Below, one piece after another: positions 48,072-59,012 of a DNA stretch of 64,000 nucleotides. The notes under the pieces are model-generated. The model saw nothing but the letters and a program-made list of their open reading frames with translations. It did no database searches and was not told the DNA's origin. Numbering within the stretch: position 1 is the stretch's first letter; every line of letters begins with the position of its first letter. Both the position numbers and the translations under genes were made by a program. Origin of the DNA: an uncultured Candidatus Saccharibacteria bacterium (GTDB lineage: Bacteria; Patescibacteriota; Saccharimonadia; Saccharimonadales; Saccharimonadaceae). The stretch covers positions 6,654 to 70,653 of the forward strand of contig CALHKE010000018.1 in the NCBI GenBank assembly GCA_938033695.1, in the 5' to 3' direction.

Positions 48072-50966
48072 GTGTCAAAGCGAGGAATTGGACAAACCGT
48101 CAGTGGTAGGTCCGTTTTTAATATATTATCAATCTTTTTAATCAGCACTTTATTTTGTTTGCTGCACTATGAAAGCACTCATGCCTCGACCGCCTCACTA
48201 GGCATGCCTGGCGAGGTTAAAGTCGAAACCGATTTTTCGACTGGAAGTAAAATGGAGTTTTCTAAATCCATCAATATTACCGTTAATACCAATAGCCCAT
48301 TAGGTTACAAATTACTTTTTAGTAGCGACAGTGAGGACAGTTCACTAGTGAGCAACGACCCTAAGAACGACTATTCTATCCCTTCTGTCTACGGATCTAA
48401 TTATGTACTTTCTAGAGATATGCATAACCAATACGGCTACAACATCAAAGACACCGACGACCAGATTTACCAACAGATACCAAGTCTTAGTAGTCCGCTC
48501 AAAATCAAGCAAGTCAAAGATCCACTTACTGCCGCCGATACTGTCAAATTCAACCTCGGCTTCGAACTCGAATCCTCTGCACAACCTGGCGAATATCACC
48601 GCAATCTAATTTTTACTCTCCTAGCCGAAGATCAAGCTTCTATTCAATTAGTTAATGGCGTCGAAATTAATAAGGCTATCAAAAAAGCCGTGGGTATCAC
48701 TGATGCGAACTATCTTGATAATCCGCTTACCACCACCCCGAACGATCTATGGCCAGAGGTTAATATTACCGTAGGTAGAAATAAATGCAGTGATGATATC
48801 ACCAAAGAACGCACCTCGGTTATCTCCCTACCAGATTCCGACGCCGAAGTTTATCTCGGTGGCTATCGTAGCAGCTGGGATAATATCTGCATTTGGAGTA
48901 ATGCTACAGAATTAATCTTCCCAGAAGATCTTTCCTATATGTATGCCGGACTTGGCGGGACTGACTATCATGTCTCTTTCAATTTTGCCGACGGCCGTAA
49001 TAAATCTACGCTAAATTTTAAGAAAGTCAAAAATCTCGACCATCTATTCCACAATACTATCGCATATAACAACAGCTCCTTCGAAGCTTCTGACTTCTTT
49101 GAATATCTCAAAGATTCCCCGATCGAAAGTACTGAATCCATCTTCGAAAATTCCACAGTCCAGACCGTTGAGAAATTCGCCAACATCGTGAATCGCACTA
49201 AAAATCTCGCCTATGCCTTCCGTAATACCAAATCATTAAACCAAGTTAATTTTTCCGATTGGATTATCGGTGAAGCCGAAGATACTAGATCTATGTTTGA
49301 AGGCAGTGGGATTGGTCAGGCCATCCTAAATAATGCCACCTTCGCTAAGACCAAAAACACCGAAAAAATGTTTAAAGATACTAATAGCTCTGCAAGTATT
49401 CAGCTGCCAAGGGCCGTTTTTGGTGAAACTACGAATACCAATAGTATGTTCATGAACAGTACATCGACCAAAATTCTTCTACCTCAGGCCACTTTCGCCA
49501 AATCTACCGACGCAGGCTCCATGTTTGAAAAAATTCCTCTTACCGAGTTTAATCTAACTAGCGCCACTTTTGTCAATACGACCAACTTTAACAGCTTCTT
49601 TAAGGAAAGTGGAAACTATTACCTTACACTAAAATTACCAAAGCTTTCACTTGCTTCGGCAGAAAATCTCTCCCAAATGTTCTCTAAATCTGAAATTAGC
49701 GGCCTCACCCTCAATGAAACATCCATGGGCGGTAATCATATTACTGATATGTCGAGCATGTTTCAGGATTGTTCTTATCTTACCGAAATAAATCTCCATA
49801 ATATCTCCACCGGACCTCTAGAAAATATCGCTAGTATGTTTAAGCACCTTCCATATATACAAAAAATCACTCTCCCAAGTGTCTTTAATACCGCAGCTGT
49901 TACAGATTTCAGTTCATTTCTCTCTGATAGCACTAAACTCACTACTTTAGAGAACAGCGATAAGATTAAATTAAACAGTGCGATTAATACTAGTCACATG
50001 TTTTATAATCTACCATTACTCGACCTCAAGGATTTTATCGAACATATCGAGTCCGAAAATATTACCGACGCTTCCTATATGTTCTATCGCACCAAGTCTA
50101 GCCAAAACATCATTCTCCCTACCACTTTTAAAACACATAATATTTCCAATATGCAGGGTATGTTTAGTGGATTCAGGACTCCTTTGCTCGACATCTCTAA
50201 TATGCAGTTCGATAGTGTTACTACTATGGAAGAGATGTTAAGTGGTATAACATTCGACAGCTATGAAATAAGCTTGGATGACTATAATTACTCTGCCAAA
50301 CAAATTATCTGGCCGACCAGCACCATTAACGCACCAAATCTCGTCTCCCTACGTGGACTTTATAAGGGTCAACACTACCTCGATAAAGCCGTTTTTCCAA
50401 AAATGAACACCCCAGTTCTTACTGACCTTAGTTTTATCTTTAGTAACTTCACTAATTCACTCACCAAGCTGGATCTCACCGGACTTGACACTTCACATGT
50501 TGAAACCGTCGAAAGTATGTTTGCCGGCACTCAATTCACCTTAGATGGTCCCACCAAAATCTCCTTCGATACCTCTAATGTTCGCAATATGCATAATATG
50601 TTTTATTATGCTAGGTCCAGCGATGGACTATTAGATCTAAGTGACCTTAATGTTTCCAATGTCACCGACATGTCCAATCTGATTTATTATACTTGGATAG
50701 TTACCGTCGATCTTACTGGCTGGGACACTAGAAATGTCACCGATATGACCGAAATGTTCTATGACAGCAATCACATCACTACCATCTACGCTTCAGAAAG
50801 TTTTGTCACCACCAATGTCACAAAATCAGAAAGAATCTTCTATATGGACTCTTCTGTTACCGGAGTTTTTGTCGGCGGCAATGGCACAACCTTTACCGGA
50901 AGCGAAGATATCACTTACGCTCGCATCGATAAACCAGGTCAGCCAGGGTTCTTCACTAAAAAATAA
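48072..50966 (+). CDS. BspA/DUF285-like repeat surface protein
   Basis: signal peptide, M-F repeats, C-terminal TYARID..PG.FTKK. Confidence 0.85.
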   Translation: MSKRGIGQTVSGRSVFNILSIFLISTLFCLLHYESTHASTASLGMPGEVKVETDFSTGSKMEFSKSINITVNTNSPLGYKLLFSSDSEDSSLVSNDPKNDYSIPSVYGSNYVLSRDMHNQYGYNIKDTDDQIYQQIPSLSSPLKIKQVKDPLTAADTVKFNLGFELESSAQPGEYHRNLIFTLLAEDQASIQLVNGVEINKAIKKAVGITDANYLDNPLTTTPNDLWPEVNITVGRNKCSDDITKERTSVISLPDSDAEVYLGGYRSSWDNICIWSNATELIFPEDLSYMYAGLGGTDYHVSFNFADGRNKSTLNFKKVKNLDHLFHNTIAYNNSSFEASDFFEYLKDSPIESTESIFENSTVQTVEKFANIVNRTKNLAYAFRNTKSLNQVNFSDWIIGEAEDTRSMFEGSGIGQAILNNATFAKTKNTEKMFKDTNSSASIQLPRAVFGETTNTNSMFMNSTSTKILLPQATFAKSTDAGSMFEKIPLTEFNLTSATFVNTTNFNSFFKESGNYYLTLKLPKLSLASAENLSQMFSKSEISGLTLNETSMGGNHITDMSSMFQDCSYLTEINLHNISTGPLENIASMFKHLPYIQKITLPSVFNTAAVTDFSSFLSDSTKLTTLENSDKIKLNSAINTSHMFYNLPLLDLKDFIEHIESENITDASYMFYRTKSSQNIILPTTFKTHNISNMQGMFSGFRTPLLDISNMQFDSVTTMEEMLSGITFDSYEISLDDYNYSAKQIIWPTSTINAPNLVSLRGLYKGQHYLDKAVFPKMNTPVLTDLSFIFSNFTNSLTKLDLTGLDTSHVETVESMFAGTQFTLDGPTKISFDTSNVRNMHNMFYYARSSDGLLDLSDLNVSNVTDMSNLIYYTWIVTVDLTGWDTRNVTDMTEMFYDSNHITTIYASESFVTTNVTKSERIFYMDSSVTGVFVGGNGTTFTGSEDITYARIDKPGQPGFFTKK

Positions 50967-51085
50967 AGTCACAAACCTCCAATTTTCCTCTTCCATTCAT
51001 CATTCCATTTATGCTAAAATAGTAGTGTTAAGAATAAGCTTATTCTAAATATACACAAGAATAAGCTCATAAATTGGAGGTTTAA

Positions 51086-53845
51086 GTGACCAAACTGCGA
51101 ACTCACGGAAACGTTTTTTGTGAGCTATGCCAAAAGCTAGCACTCGCCACTTTTGTTGGTATCTTTTTCCTCATTTCATACACTCAGAACACTTTTGCCG
51201 ATTCTGCCTCCATTACCGTGCCAAGCAGTGTCAGTATTTCTGTTGACACTAATCTTCAGGCGCGTACCGAAGTCACCAAGACCATAGATATGAGCGTCAA
51301 TACCGACAGTCCGACCGGTTATAAACTTTTCCTTAGCAGTGATAGCACCGAGACCAGTCTCGTCAGTACCAACGGTAATCCTTTCAAAATTAATTCCACC
51401 TCTGGCACTAATAATGATTTGGCTACTGAAATGAATAATCAATACGGTTACAATACCGAAACTACCGATAATAAACGCTATAGTTATATCCCAAATCTTA
51501 GTAACCCAGTCAAAATTCGTTCCTCTTTCACCCAGCTCACCGCCGCGGACAATTTTAAATTCAATCTAGGTTTTGCTTTACGAAATAATATCCCAGCTGA
51601 CACCTATCAACGTAAACTAATTTTTACTCTTATTTCAGAAGGGGAAGCGAACGCTACATTGGTCAATGGTCCTGAACTTAATAAGGCTCTTAAAAAAGCC
51701 CTCGGCATCACCGATCAAAGTTATTTTGATGATCCACTCAAGCAGATTTCTACCGCTGGCACTTTTTATCCAGATTTAAATCTTCTTGTTGGTAAAAATA
51801 AATGTAACTCTTCTATTACCCCAGAACGTACTACCTTAATTTCTACCCCAGACTCCGACGCACCAGTTTATCTTGGTGGCTACCGTGACTCTTGGGACAT
51901 ATTTTGCATTTGGTCGCCTGCTACTAAAATTGTATTTCCAGAAGACATTTCTTACATGTTTTCCGGTCTGACTGGGACCACTGAAAGCATGAGCATTACT
52001 TTCCGTGATGACCGCGATATCAATATGCTTGATTTTTCTAAAATCAAAGACGCCTCTCATCTATTCCAAAAAACTCTCGGCTACTACAGCAACAAATTCA
52101 AAGCCGATGGCTTCACTAAATACTTAAAAAATGCAGCAATTGAAAATATCGAATCGCTCTATGAAGATTCTGGCATTTCCGCCATCGATGACACCAGTTT
52201 CATGTCTAGCGCCAAAAACATTTCCAATGTTTTCAAAAATGCCAAATATCTCGAATCCGCCGATCTTTCCACCTGGACTATTTCCGACATGGAAGACGCC
52301 TCCTCAATTTTTGAGGGCTCTATGATTAAAGATATCAACCTCAGTAATTCGACTTTTGAAAATACCGAAAATACCCAAAATATGTTCAAGAATTCCGCCG
52401 CTACCACGATTAATCTCGGTAAAGCCACATTCAATAATGTCGAAAATGCTAGCGGTATGTTCGAAAACGCCAGAGCTTCTACTATTTCCATGCCAGAAGC
52501 TACTTTCGCCAAAACCACCGACTTTTCCAATATGTTTAAGGGCGCCACTAATGCTAGTAGTATTGATCTTTCCAAAATCACTTTCACCGCCGCCACCAAT
52601 CTTTCTGGCATGTTCCAAGACACCTCGGCCGAACAATTAGTTTTGAATAATACCAACCTTGCCGGCAATAATATTACCGATATGTCATTCATGTTTAAAA
52701 ACAGTAAAGTCAAAAACATTGATCTCGGCAGTATGCAGACTGGTCCGCTCACTTCCATTGTTGGGATGTTTAAAAATACTAACAATCTCGAGATTATTAC
52801 TCTCCCTTCCATTTTTAACACCTCAAACATCACCGATATGAGTTCGCTCTTCGAGAATAATAGTAAGCTCAATACTATTAATAATCTTGCCAGCCTCGAT
52901 ACCACTAATGTCACCAATATGAGTCGTATGTTCGCCGGCGATTATTACCTGTCAATGCAGAATATTATTCCAAATCTTCGTGCCAATAAAGTGGAGAACA
53001 CTTCATATATGTTCTACGGCACAAACGCCTCCGCCTCAGCCGTTTTTCCAACTTCTTTTAACACGGAAAACCTGGTCGATATGAGCTATATGTTTTTAAA
53101 TTTCTACACCTCAAATCTTGATATTTCCAATTTCAAACTTAGCAACGTTGCAACCATGGAAGGGACTTTTAGCGCTACAACCAAGGGTAATACCATCGGA
53201 TCAATTACTTGGCCATCTGGCCAAATTAATATGCCACACCTTACCACGATGCGTGCTCTCTTTAAATTTAATGCCTCCCTAAATCAAATTGTCTTACCGA
53301 CCTTCAAGACTCCAGCCCTCACCGATACTAGCTACATGTTCTATGGCATCGGCAGAATCGACAAAATCGATAATATCAATAGTCTCGACACCGCCAATGT
53401 TACCACTATGGAAGCCATGTTTGCGAATAATGATAGTGGCCTAATGAAGGGTGAAAATGTTAAGTTTGAATTTAAAACCGGCAAAGTTAAGAATATGAGC
53501 CAAATGTTTAAGAATTCTTACGTTAACTATCTTGACCTCAGCTCTTTCGATACTAAAAGCCTTGTCGACGCCTCAAGTATGTTTGATTATACCTGGCTTA
53601 AAGTAATTGACCTCACCAACTGGGACACTCGTAATCTCGAAAACGTCACAGCTATGTTCTACGATTCAACCTGGCTTGTAACCATCTACGCTTCCGAAAG
53701 TTTCGTCACCACCAAAGTTACCGCCTCTAGTAACATCTTCTACAATGTCACCAAAGATTACGGTACTGGCACCATCGGCAATAACATTACCTATGCTCGT
53801 ATCGGCGCCCCAGGTGCTCCTGGTGCCTTCACCAAGAAACCATAG
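51086..53845 (+). CDS. BspA/DUF285-like repeat surface protein
   Basis: tandem paralog of 48072. Confidence 0.85.
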   Translation: MTKLRTHGNVFCELCQKLALATFVGIFFLISYTQNTFADSASITVPSSVSISVDTNLQARTEVTKTIDMSVNTDSPTGYKLFLSSDSTETSLVSTNGNPFKINSTSGTNNDLATEMNNQYGYNTETTDNKRYSYIPNLSNPVKIRSSFTQLTAADNFKFNLGFALRNNIPADTYQRKLIFTLISEGEANATLVNGPELNKALKKALGITDQSYFDDPLKQISTAGTFYPDLNLLVGKNKCNSSITPERTTLISTPDSDAPVYLGGYRDSWDIFCIWSPATKIVFPEDISYMFSGLTGTTESMSITFRDDRDINMLDFSKIKDASHLFQKTLGYYSNKFKADGFTKYLKNAAIENIESLYEDSGISAIDDTSFMSSAKNISNVFKNAKYLESADLSTWTISDMEDASSIFEGSMIKDINLSNSTFENTENTQNMFKNSAATTINLGKATFNNVENASGMFENARASTISMPEATFAKTTDFSNMFKGATNASSIDLSKITFTAATNLSGMFQDTSAEQLVLNNTNLAGNNITDMSFMFKNSKVKNIDLGSMQTGPLTSIVGMFKNTNNLEIITLPSIFNTSNITDMSSLFENNSKLNTINNLASLDTTNVTNMSRMFAGDYYLSMQNIIPNLRANKVENTSYMFYGTNASASAVFPTSFNTENLVDMSYMFLNFYTSNLDISNFKLSNVATMEGTFSATTKGNTIGSITWPSGQINMPHLTTMRALFKFNASLNQIVLPTFKTPALTDTSYMFYGIGRIDKIDNINSLDTANVTTMEAMFANNDSGLMKGENVKFEFKTGKVKNMSQMFKNSYVNYLDLSSFDTKSLVDASSMFDYTWLKVIDLTNWDTRNLENVTAMFYDSTWLVTIYASESFVTTKVTASSNIFYNVTKDYGTGTIGNNITYARIGAPGAPGAFTKKP

Positions 53846-53938
53846 ACTCGTATTTTAGTTTAATTTTCTTCTTCAAATTTATTTAATTTTTATTAAGGTT
53901 ATGCTAATATAAAAATATATAATTTGTGGAGAGAAAAA

Positions 53939-56734
53939 ATGTTTAAAGTACAAGCACTTGCTGTGCGTAAAGTTTTTTTACGCCAAATATTTATAATTTT
54001 ATTTCTATGCTTAACTATTATCGTTACCTATAAAACAGATACTCATGCAACATCTGCATCAATAGCTATAAATGGAGATGCCAATATTAACCACCAATGG
54101 GGTTCAACTGGAGAAAAGACAAAAAGTTACTCTAGACATTTTAGTATTACAGCTAAAACAGATAGTTCTACCGGTTATCAACTTTATTTTTCCAGTGCAT
54201 CAGAAGAGACAGCATTAAAAAGTCACAACAAAAATAATCCATATAAAATCAATTCTGTTAGTGGGTATTCAAATAACTTATCCTATCAACCAGATAAGTC
54301 CTTATATGGCTATAATATTGAAAATACTAACACCAGTCTCTATAATCAAATTCCAAAACTCGGTCATCCAGACAAGATAAAGACGAGATTAACTCCAGGT
54401 GAAGATCATCTCGATCTAAATTTAGGTATTCAAATTTCCGAGAACATAATACCAGACGAATATTATGGAAGCTTGTCATTTTCCATCCTAGCAGAAGAAG
54501 ATGATGGTATCGCAAAACTTGTTTCTGGCCCTGAGATTAATCAAGCTTTTCGTAAAGTATTAAACATTCAAGACTCATCGTATTACTCAGATCCAGCGAA
54601 ACAGATTCCAGAAGACTACGCATATGTACCAAGTCTAAATATCACCATCGCAAAGAAAAAATGTAGTGAATTAATTACCCCTGAATTAACTCAAGTTATT
54701 TCAACTCCAGATTCAGAAACTAAAGTCTATCTTAGCATTTACCCTGGAAGCTATCAAGATTGGAGACTAACTTGTATTTGGACCAATGCAACAGAAATAA
54801 TTTTTCCTGAAGATTTATCCTACCTCTTTGCTGGACTCAATGGAACAACCTATGAACCTAGATTTAATTTTAAAGAAGGAAAAACTCAGGAGATGCTAAA
54901 TTTTTCTAAAGTTAAAAATATTTCTCACCTTTTCCACAACACACGCCCATGGAACGGACATTATCATAATTTCGATATTAGCACCTTTATTAATTATCTA
55001 AGTAATTCACCAATAGAAAATATGGAGTCTGCATTTGAAAGTGAATTTATCACTAAAATTGAAAATCCACTTTTTATCAAAAACGTCACCAACCTAAAAC
55101 GTGCGTTTAAGGATGTAAATGCCAGCCATGGTATCAACTTATCTATGCTTAATGGAGATACGGTCATGGACGCAGAGTCAGCTTTTGAAAATAGTAAATT
55201 CGATACGATCAATCTAAGTTCCGCATCTTTCAAAAATATTCCATCCACCAAAAACATGTTCAAAAATACTTCAGCATCAAAGATTTTTCTAGATCAAGCT
55301 ACATTTGATAATGTTAAAGATGCTTCATCAATGTTTGAAGGAGCAAAAGTGTATCAAACCTCACTACCAAATGCAACATTTAGCAAAACTGAAAATTTTT
55401 CCAAAATGTTTATGGATACAAAAAGTTATAATAACTCTTCAACATTAGATTTATCTAAAATAGATTTCAGACAAGCCAAAGACACCTCTTTTATGTTCAA
55501 AAATCTCAAAGCCAAAAATCTTACACTAAATCACAGTGAGCCTATGGGTGAAAATATCACCAACGCCGAATCAATGTTTGAATTCTGCGACTATCTCACC
55601 TCGCTCGACCTGACAAATATAAACTTTAGCAAAAATACTTCATTTAAAAGTCTTTTCAAAAACGACGAAAGTCTCAAAACACTCACTTTTTCCGAGAATT
55701 TGAATTCCATCGCGGCGACCGATTTTAGTTCCATGTTTGAAAACTGTACGTCACTTACCGCAATTAATCATATAGATAAGCTACGCCTTGATAACGCAAT
55801 CAACTTAGGTCGTATGTACTTCAACGTAAGAAATGTCTATATGGACGATATAGTTTCTAAACTTATAGCTAATAAAGTCACCGATACTTCCTACATGTTT
55901 GCATCAACCTATACCAAAAATCCTGTAATCTTCCCAGCCACATTTAACACTAGTCTAGTCCAAAATATGAAAGGAATGTTTGAAAGTCATAGAGGACCGT
56001 TAATTGATCTCTCAAATTTTCGATTCGACAATGTTGAAGATATGTCTAATATTTTCGCCAAACCTGGCGTCTCTGATATTAAGTGGCCAACCCATCAAAA
56101 TGCGCCAAAACTCATCACACTATGTGGCGCCTTTAAGGACAATACTAATTTTCAAAAAGTTAAAGTACCTAAAATTACCGCCCCTGCCCTTAAAGATACT
56201 AGCTATATGTTTTCCGGCATGAATCGAGTTACAGAATTTGATATTGATGATTTTGATACCTCAAGTGTTGAAAATATGAGCCATATGTTCTCTAATAATC
56301 GAGATTATTTTATGCCAAAAGAAACTGTCGTTCATTTCAATTTAGACACCTCAAGTGTTAAGGATTTATCTTATTTCCTATATCATGCAAGAACCTGGCA
56401 TCCAGTAGTAAGCACTTTTGATACAAGAAACGTCACCAATATGGCTTCTACTTTTGAGGAAGTTTGGGCATCCCCTGAATTAGATCTTACTGGCTGGGAC
56501 ACTAGCAAAGTGACGAATATGACTAAATTATTCTACGATTCATCTTATATCGAAAAGATCTATGTATCTGATACTTTTGTCACAACAAATGTTACCCAAT
56601 CAAGTGGAATTTTCGGAGGATATTTTTCTAATCTTAAGGGGCAACAAGGAACCTCGGTACCCGGACACGACATTTCTTACGCTCGCATAGACGAGGGACC
56701 ATCAAAGCCTGGCGCATTCTGGCGTAAACCATAA
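53939..56734 (+). CDS. BspA/DUF285-like repeat surface protein
   Basis: tandem paralog; SYARIDEGPSKPGAF C-terminus. Confidence 0.85.
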   Translation: MFKVQALAVRKVFLRQIFIILFLCLTIIVTYKTDTHATSASIAINGDANINHQWGSTGEKTKSYSRHFSITAKTDSSTGYQLYFSSASEETALKSHNKNNPYKINSVSGYSNNLSYQPDKSLYGYNIENTNTSLYNQIPKLGHPDKIKTRLTPGEDHLDLNLGIQISENIIPDEYYGSLSFSILAEEDDGIAKLVSGPEINQAFRKVLNIQDSSYYSDPAKQIPEDYAYVPSLNITIAKKKCSELITPELTQVISTPDSETKVYLSIYPGSYQDWRLTCIWTNATEIIFPEDLSYLFAGLNGTTYEPRFNFKEGKTQEMLNFSKVKNISHLFHNTRPWNGHYHNFDISTFINYLSNSPIENMESAFESEFITKIENPLFIKNVTNLKRAFKDVNASHGINLSMLNGDTVMDAESAFENSKFDTINLSSASFKNIPSTKNMFKNTSASKIFLDQATFDNVKDASSMFEGAKVYQTSLPNATFSKTENFSKMFMDTKSYNNSSTLDLSKIDFRQAKDTSFMFKNLKAKNLTLNHSEPMGENITNAESMFEFCDYLTSLDLTNINFSKNTSFKSLFKNDESLKTLTFSENLNSIAATDFSSMFENCTSLTAINHIDKLRLDNAINLGRMYFNVRNVYMDDIVSKLIANKVTDTSYMFASTYTKNPVIFPATFNTSLVQNMKGMFESHRGPLIDLSNFRFDNVEDMSNIFAKPGVSDIKWPTHQNAPKLITLCGAFKDNTNFQKVKVPKITAPALKDTSYMFSGMNRVTEFDIDDFDTSSVENMSHMFSNNRDYFMPKETVVHFNLDTSSVKDLSYFLYHARTWHPVVSTFDTRNVTNMASTFEEVWASPELDLTGWDTSKVTNMTKLFYDSSYIEKIYVSDTFVTTNVTQSSGIFGGYFSNLKGQQGTSVPGHDISYARIDEGPSKPGAFWRKP

Positions 56735-56791
56735 AAAATATCCCACCAAGGTGGGATATTTTAGATAAATTCGTAAACTTCAGAGTTTTAA

Positions 56792-57163
56792 TTAAGCTAA
56801 TTCGATGACAGCACCAGCTTCTTCGAGAGTTTTCTTCAAAGCTTCAGCTTCGTCTTTCTTAACGTTTTCTTTTACGGTTGAAGGAGCACCATCAACGAGG
56901 GCTTTAGCTTCACCAAGACCAAGACCGGTAGCTTCTTTAACAGCCTTGATTACAGCGATCTTTTGAGCGCCAGCGTCCTTAAGAACGACGTTGAATTCAG
57001 ATTTGCCTTCTTCTTCGGCGGCAGCGGCAGGAGCAGCAGCAACAGCAACAGCAGCAGCAGCTGGTTCGATACCGTATTCATCTTTGAGAGTATTTTTGAG
57101 TTCGTTTACTTCAAGAACAGTAAGATTTACTAATTCTTCAGCAAGTTTTTTAATATCAGCCAT
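56792..57163 (-). CDS. rplL: 50S ribosomal protein L7/L12
   Basis: Ala hinge, [17 protein letters not shown]. Confidence 0.97.
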   Translation of the reverse strand: MADIKKLAEELVNLTVLEVNELKNTLKDEYGIEPAAAAVAVAAAPAAAAEEEGKSEFNVVLKDAGAQKIAVIKAVKEATGLGLGEAKALVDGAPSTVKENVKKDEAEALKKTLEEAGAVIELA

Positions 57164-57208
57164 ATTAGACCTTTCGAAAAATTAAATTTGTTATTAATAG
57201 TACACTTG

Positions 57209-57724
57209 TTACTTGTTTTCTAAGCCAGAAACAATTCCGGAAAGACCACCAGCGAGAGCTGAGATGGAATCGTTGACTGGGGAAAGCAATTGAGCCACCA
57301 CCTGGGCGACCAATTCGTTCTTGGAAGGAAGAGATGCAAGAGCATTGATCTCTGCGGTATCCAAGGCGTTGCCAGTTTCAGAAAAACCACCCAAAAGTTC
57401 GAAAGCTTTGTGGGTCTTACCAAACTCTGCCAAAATCTTAGCAGGAGCGATTTCGTCGGTATCAGAAATTGCATAAACTAATTGACCAGTGAGGTGAGTA
57501 GTGTCGGTGTCTTTATAGACAGCGATTTCATTCATCGCAACACGAACCAAGCGGTTCTTCACGATTTTGATTTTCACACCCTGCTCACGAGCACTGTGAC
57601 GTAACTCTTCGAGTTCAGCTACAGACAAACCTTGGTAGTTTGCATAAGCAGTTAGTTTAGCTTCTGATAAAAGCTTAGTTAAATCTGCAACCAATGTATT
57701 CTTTTTATCTTTGGAAATTGCCAT
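57209..57724 (-). CDS. rplJ: 50S ribosomal protein L10
   Basis: YQGLSV..LR, VKNRL, LASLPS. Confidence 0.96.
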   Translation of the reverse strand: MAISKDKKNTLVADLTKLLSEAKLTAYANYQGLSVAELEELRHSAREQGVKIKIVKNRLVRVAMNEIAVYKDTDTTHLTGQLVYAISDTDEIAPAKILAEFGKTHKAFELLGGFSETGNALDTAEINALASLPSKNELVAQVVAQLLSPVNDSISALAGGLSGIVSGLENK

Positions 57725-57782
57725 AAAAAGTTCCCTTGATTGTTAAATTTTTTATTAAAAAGTTTACGAATTTTTAATTTTC

Positions 57783-57856
57783 GTTACCAGAAAAATTAAT
57801 TAGAAGATTTTCCTCGGCGACTTTATTAAGATTACTCCGTCGCTGTCTTTGGTAAC
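57783..57856 (-). promoter_or_regulatory. probable L10 leader
   Basis: GTTACCA-AAGACAG..TTAATAA..CCGAGG..TGGTAAC upstream of rplJ. Confidence 0.7.
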
Positions 57857-57908
57857 TTCCTACATTATATCAGAGAGAAGGGAAAAATGCAAACCAACAC
57901 TACTTATT

Positions 57909-58340
57909 TTATTCGTGATGGTATTTTCCACCATGCAAAATTTCTTGGGTGCGATAAATCTGCTCCACTAACATCACTCGCATCAGTTGATGAGGGAAGA
58001 CCAGATTTGAAAAACTCCAGACCACATCAGATTTTTTCCTCACTTCTTCCGTCACGCCATACGCACCGCCAATAATTAAGACAATTTCTTTGCCAAAATT
58101 AAACTCGCGTGACATAATTTCCGCAATTTGGCTATTCTTAAAATTCACCCCACGTTCATCCAAAAGTATTACGAATTCTCGCCCAGTAAACAGCCAGTTA
58201 GCTAAATATTCCTCGAGCTTTTTCTCCTCGAAAAACTGCCATTTAATATCAAACGGTTTTTTCAGGCGTTTTTCATATTCCGAAATTAACGGAATTATCT
58301 CTGGAATATGCTTCTTTCCACCAGCAATAATTTTTATCAT
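57909..58340 (-). CDS. rlmH: 23S rRNA pseudouridine-1915 N3-methyltransferase
   Basis: LDERG, IIGGAYG, FPHQLMR..EQIYR..GKYHH. Confidence 0.95.
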   Translation of the reverse strand: MIKIIAGGKKHIPEIIPLISEYEKRLKKPFDIKWQFFEEKKLEEYLANWLFTGREFVILLDERGVNFKNSQIAEIMSREFNFGKEIVLIIGGAYGVTEEVRKKSDVVWSFSNLVFPHQLMRVMLVEQIYRTQEILHGGKYHHE

Positions 58341-58491
58341 ACCTCTATCATAAACGATTTTTCCAAAAATAGCATTTTTTAACATAATTTCTCCATAAAG
58401 TCCACTAATTTTAACCTTATCTTTCTTGACATTTTCCCAAAAAGGCCGTACGATTAGAGTGATATTTATTAAACAGACAGGATGCGAGGTG

Positions 58492-59010
58492 ATGTCTGAA
58501 TTACCAGAAAAACAAATAAAACGACTCCGTTCTCTTATTCAAGAAGCAGAAACCAATTTGGCTGCTGCCAAAGAACTTTTGATTTCAATGCTCGGAGACG
58601 GGGAAACCATTACTACTCCGAGAGAAGTAGTAATCAGCAATAACGAAGGCAAGGTCATCGAAGGTGTCTTTGACGGCCAAATTATGATTGACCAAGACGG
58701 TAAGAACTATCCAGTTCCAGCCAACTATGCCAGTAAGTCTAAGCTTGTCGAAGGTGACATTATGAAGCTCACTATTACGAAGGAAGGTAAATTCCTCTAC
58801 AAGCAGATCGGACCAGTCGAACGCAAAACCGTGATCGGTACTTTGATTCGCCATGACGACAAATATTTTGTCGAAGTTAATGGTCGCGAATACGAAATTC
58901 TTTATGCATCGGTAACCTATTTCCGTCTCAAAGAAGGTTCTCAGGTTTCAGTAGTCATTCCAGCGAACAACGATGACGCCAATTGGGCTGCCGTCGAGGC
59001 GTCGCTCTAA
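58492..59010 (+). CDS. conserved hypothetical protein (coiled coil plus EGVFDG..YPVPANYASKSKLVEGD)
   Basis: ATG after GAGGTG; looks like a CPR-conserved family from memory, not verified. Confidence 0.75.
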   Translation: MSELPEKQIKRLRSLIQEAETNLAAAKELLISMLGDGETITTPREVVISNNEGKVIEGVFDGQIMIDQDGKNYPVPANYASKSKLVEGDIMKLTITKEGKFLYKQIGPVERKTVIGTLIRHDDKYFVEVNGREYEILYASVTYFRLKEGSQVSVVIPANNDDANWAAVEASL

Positions 59011-59012
59011 AT

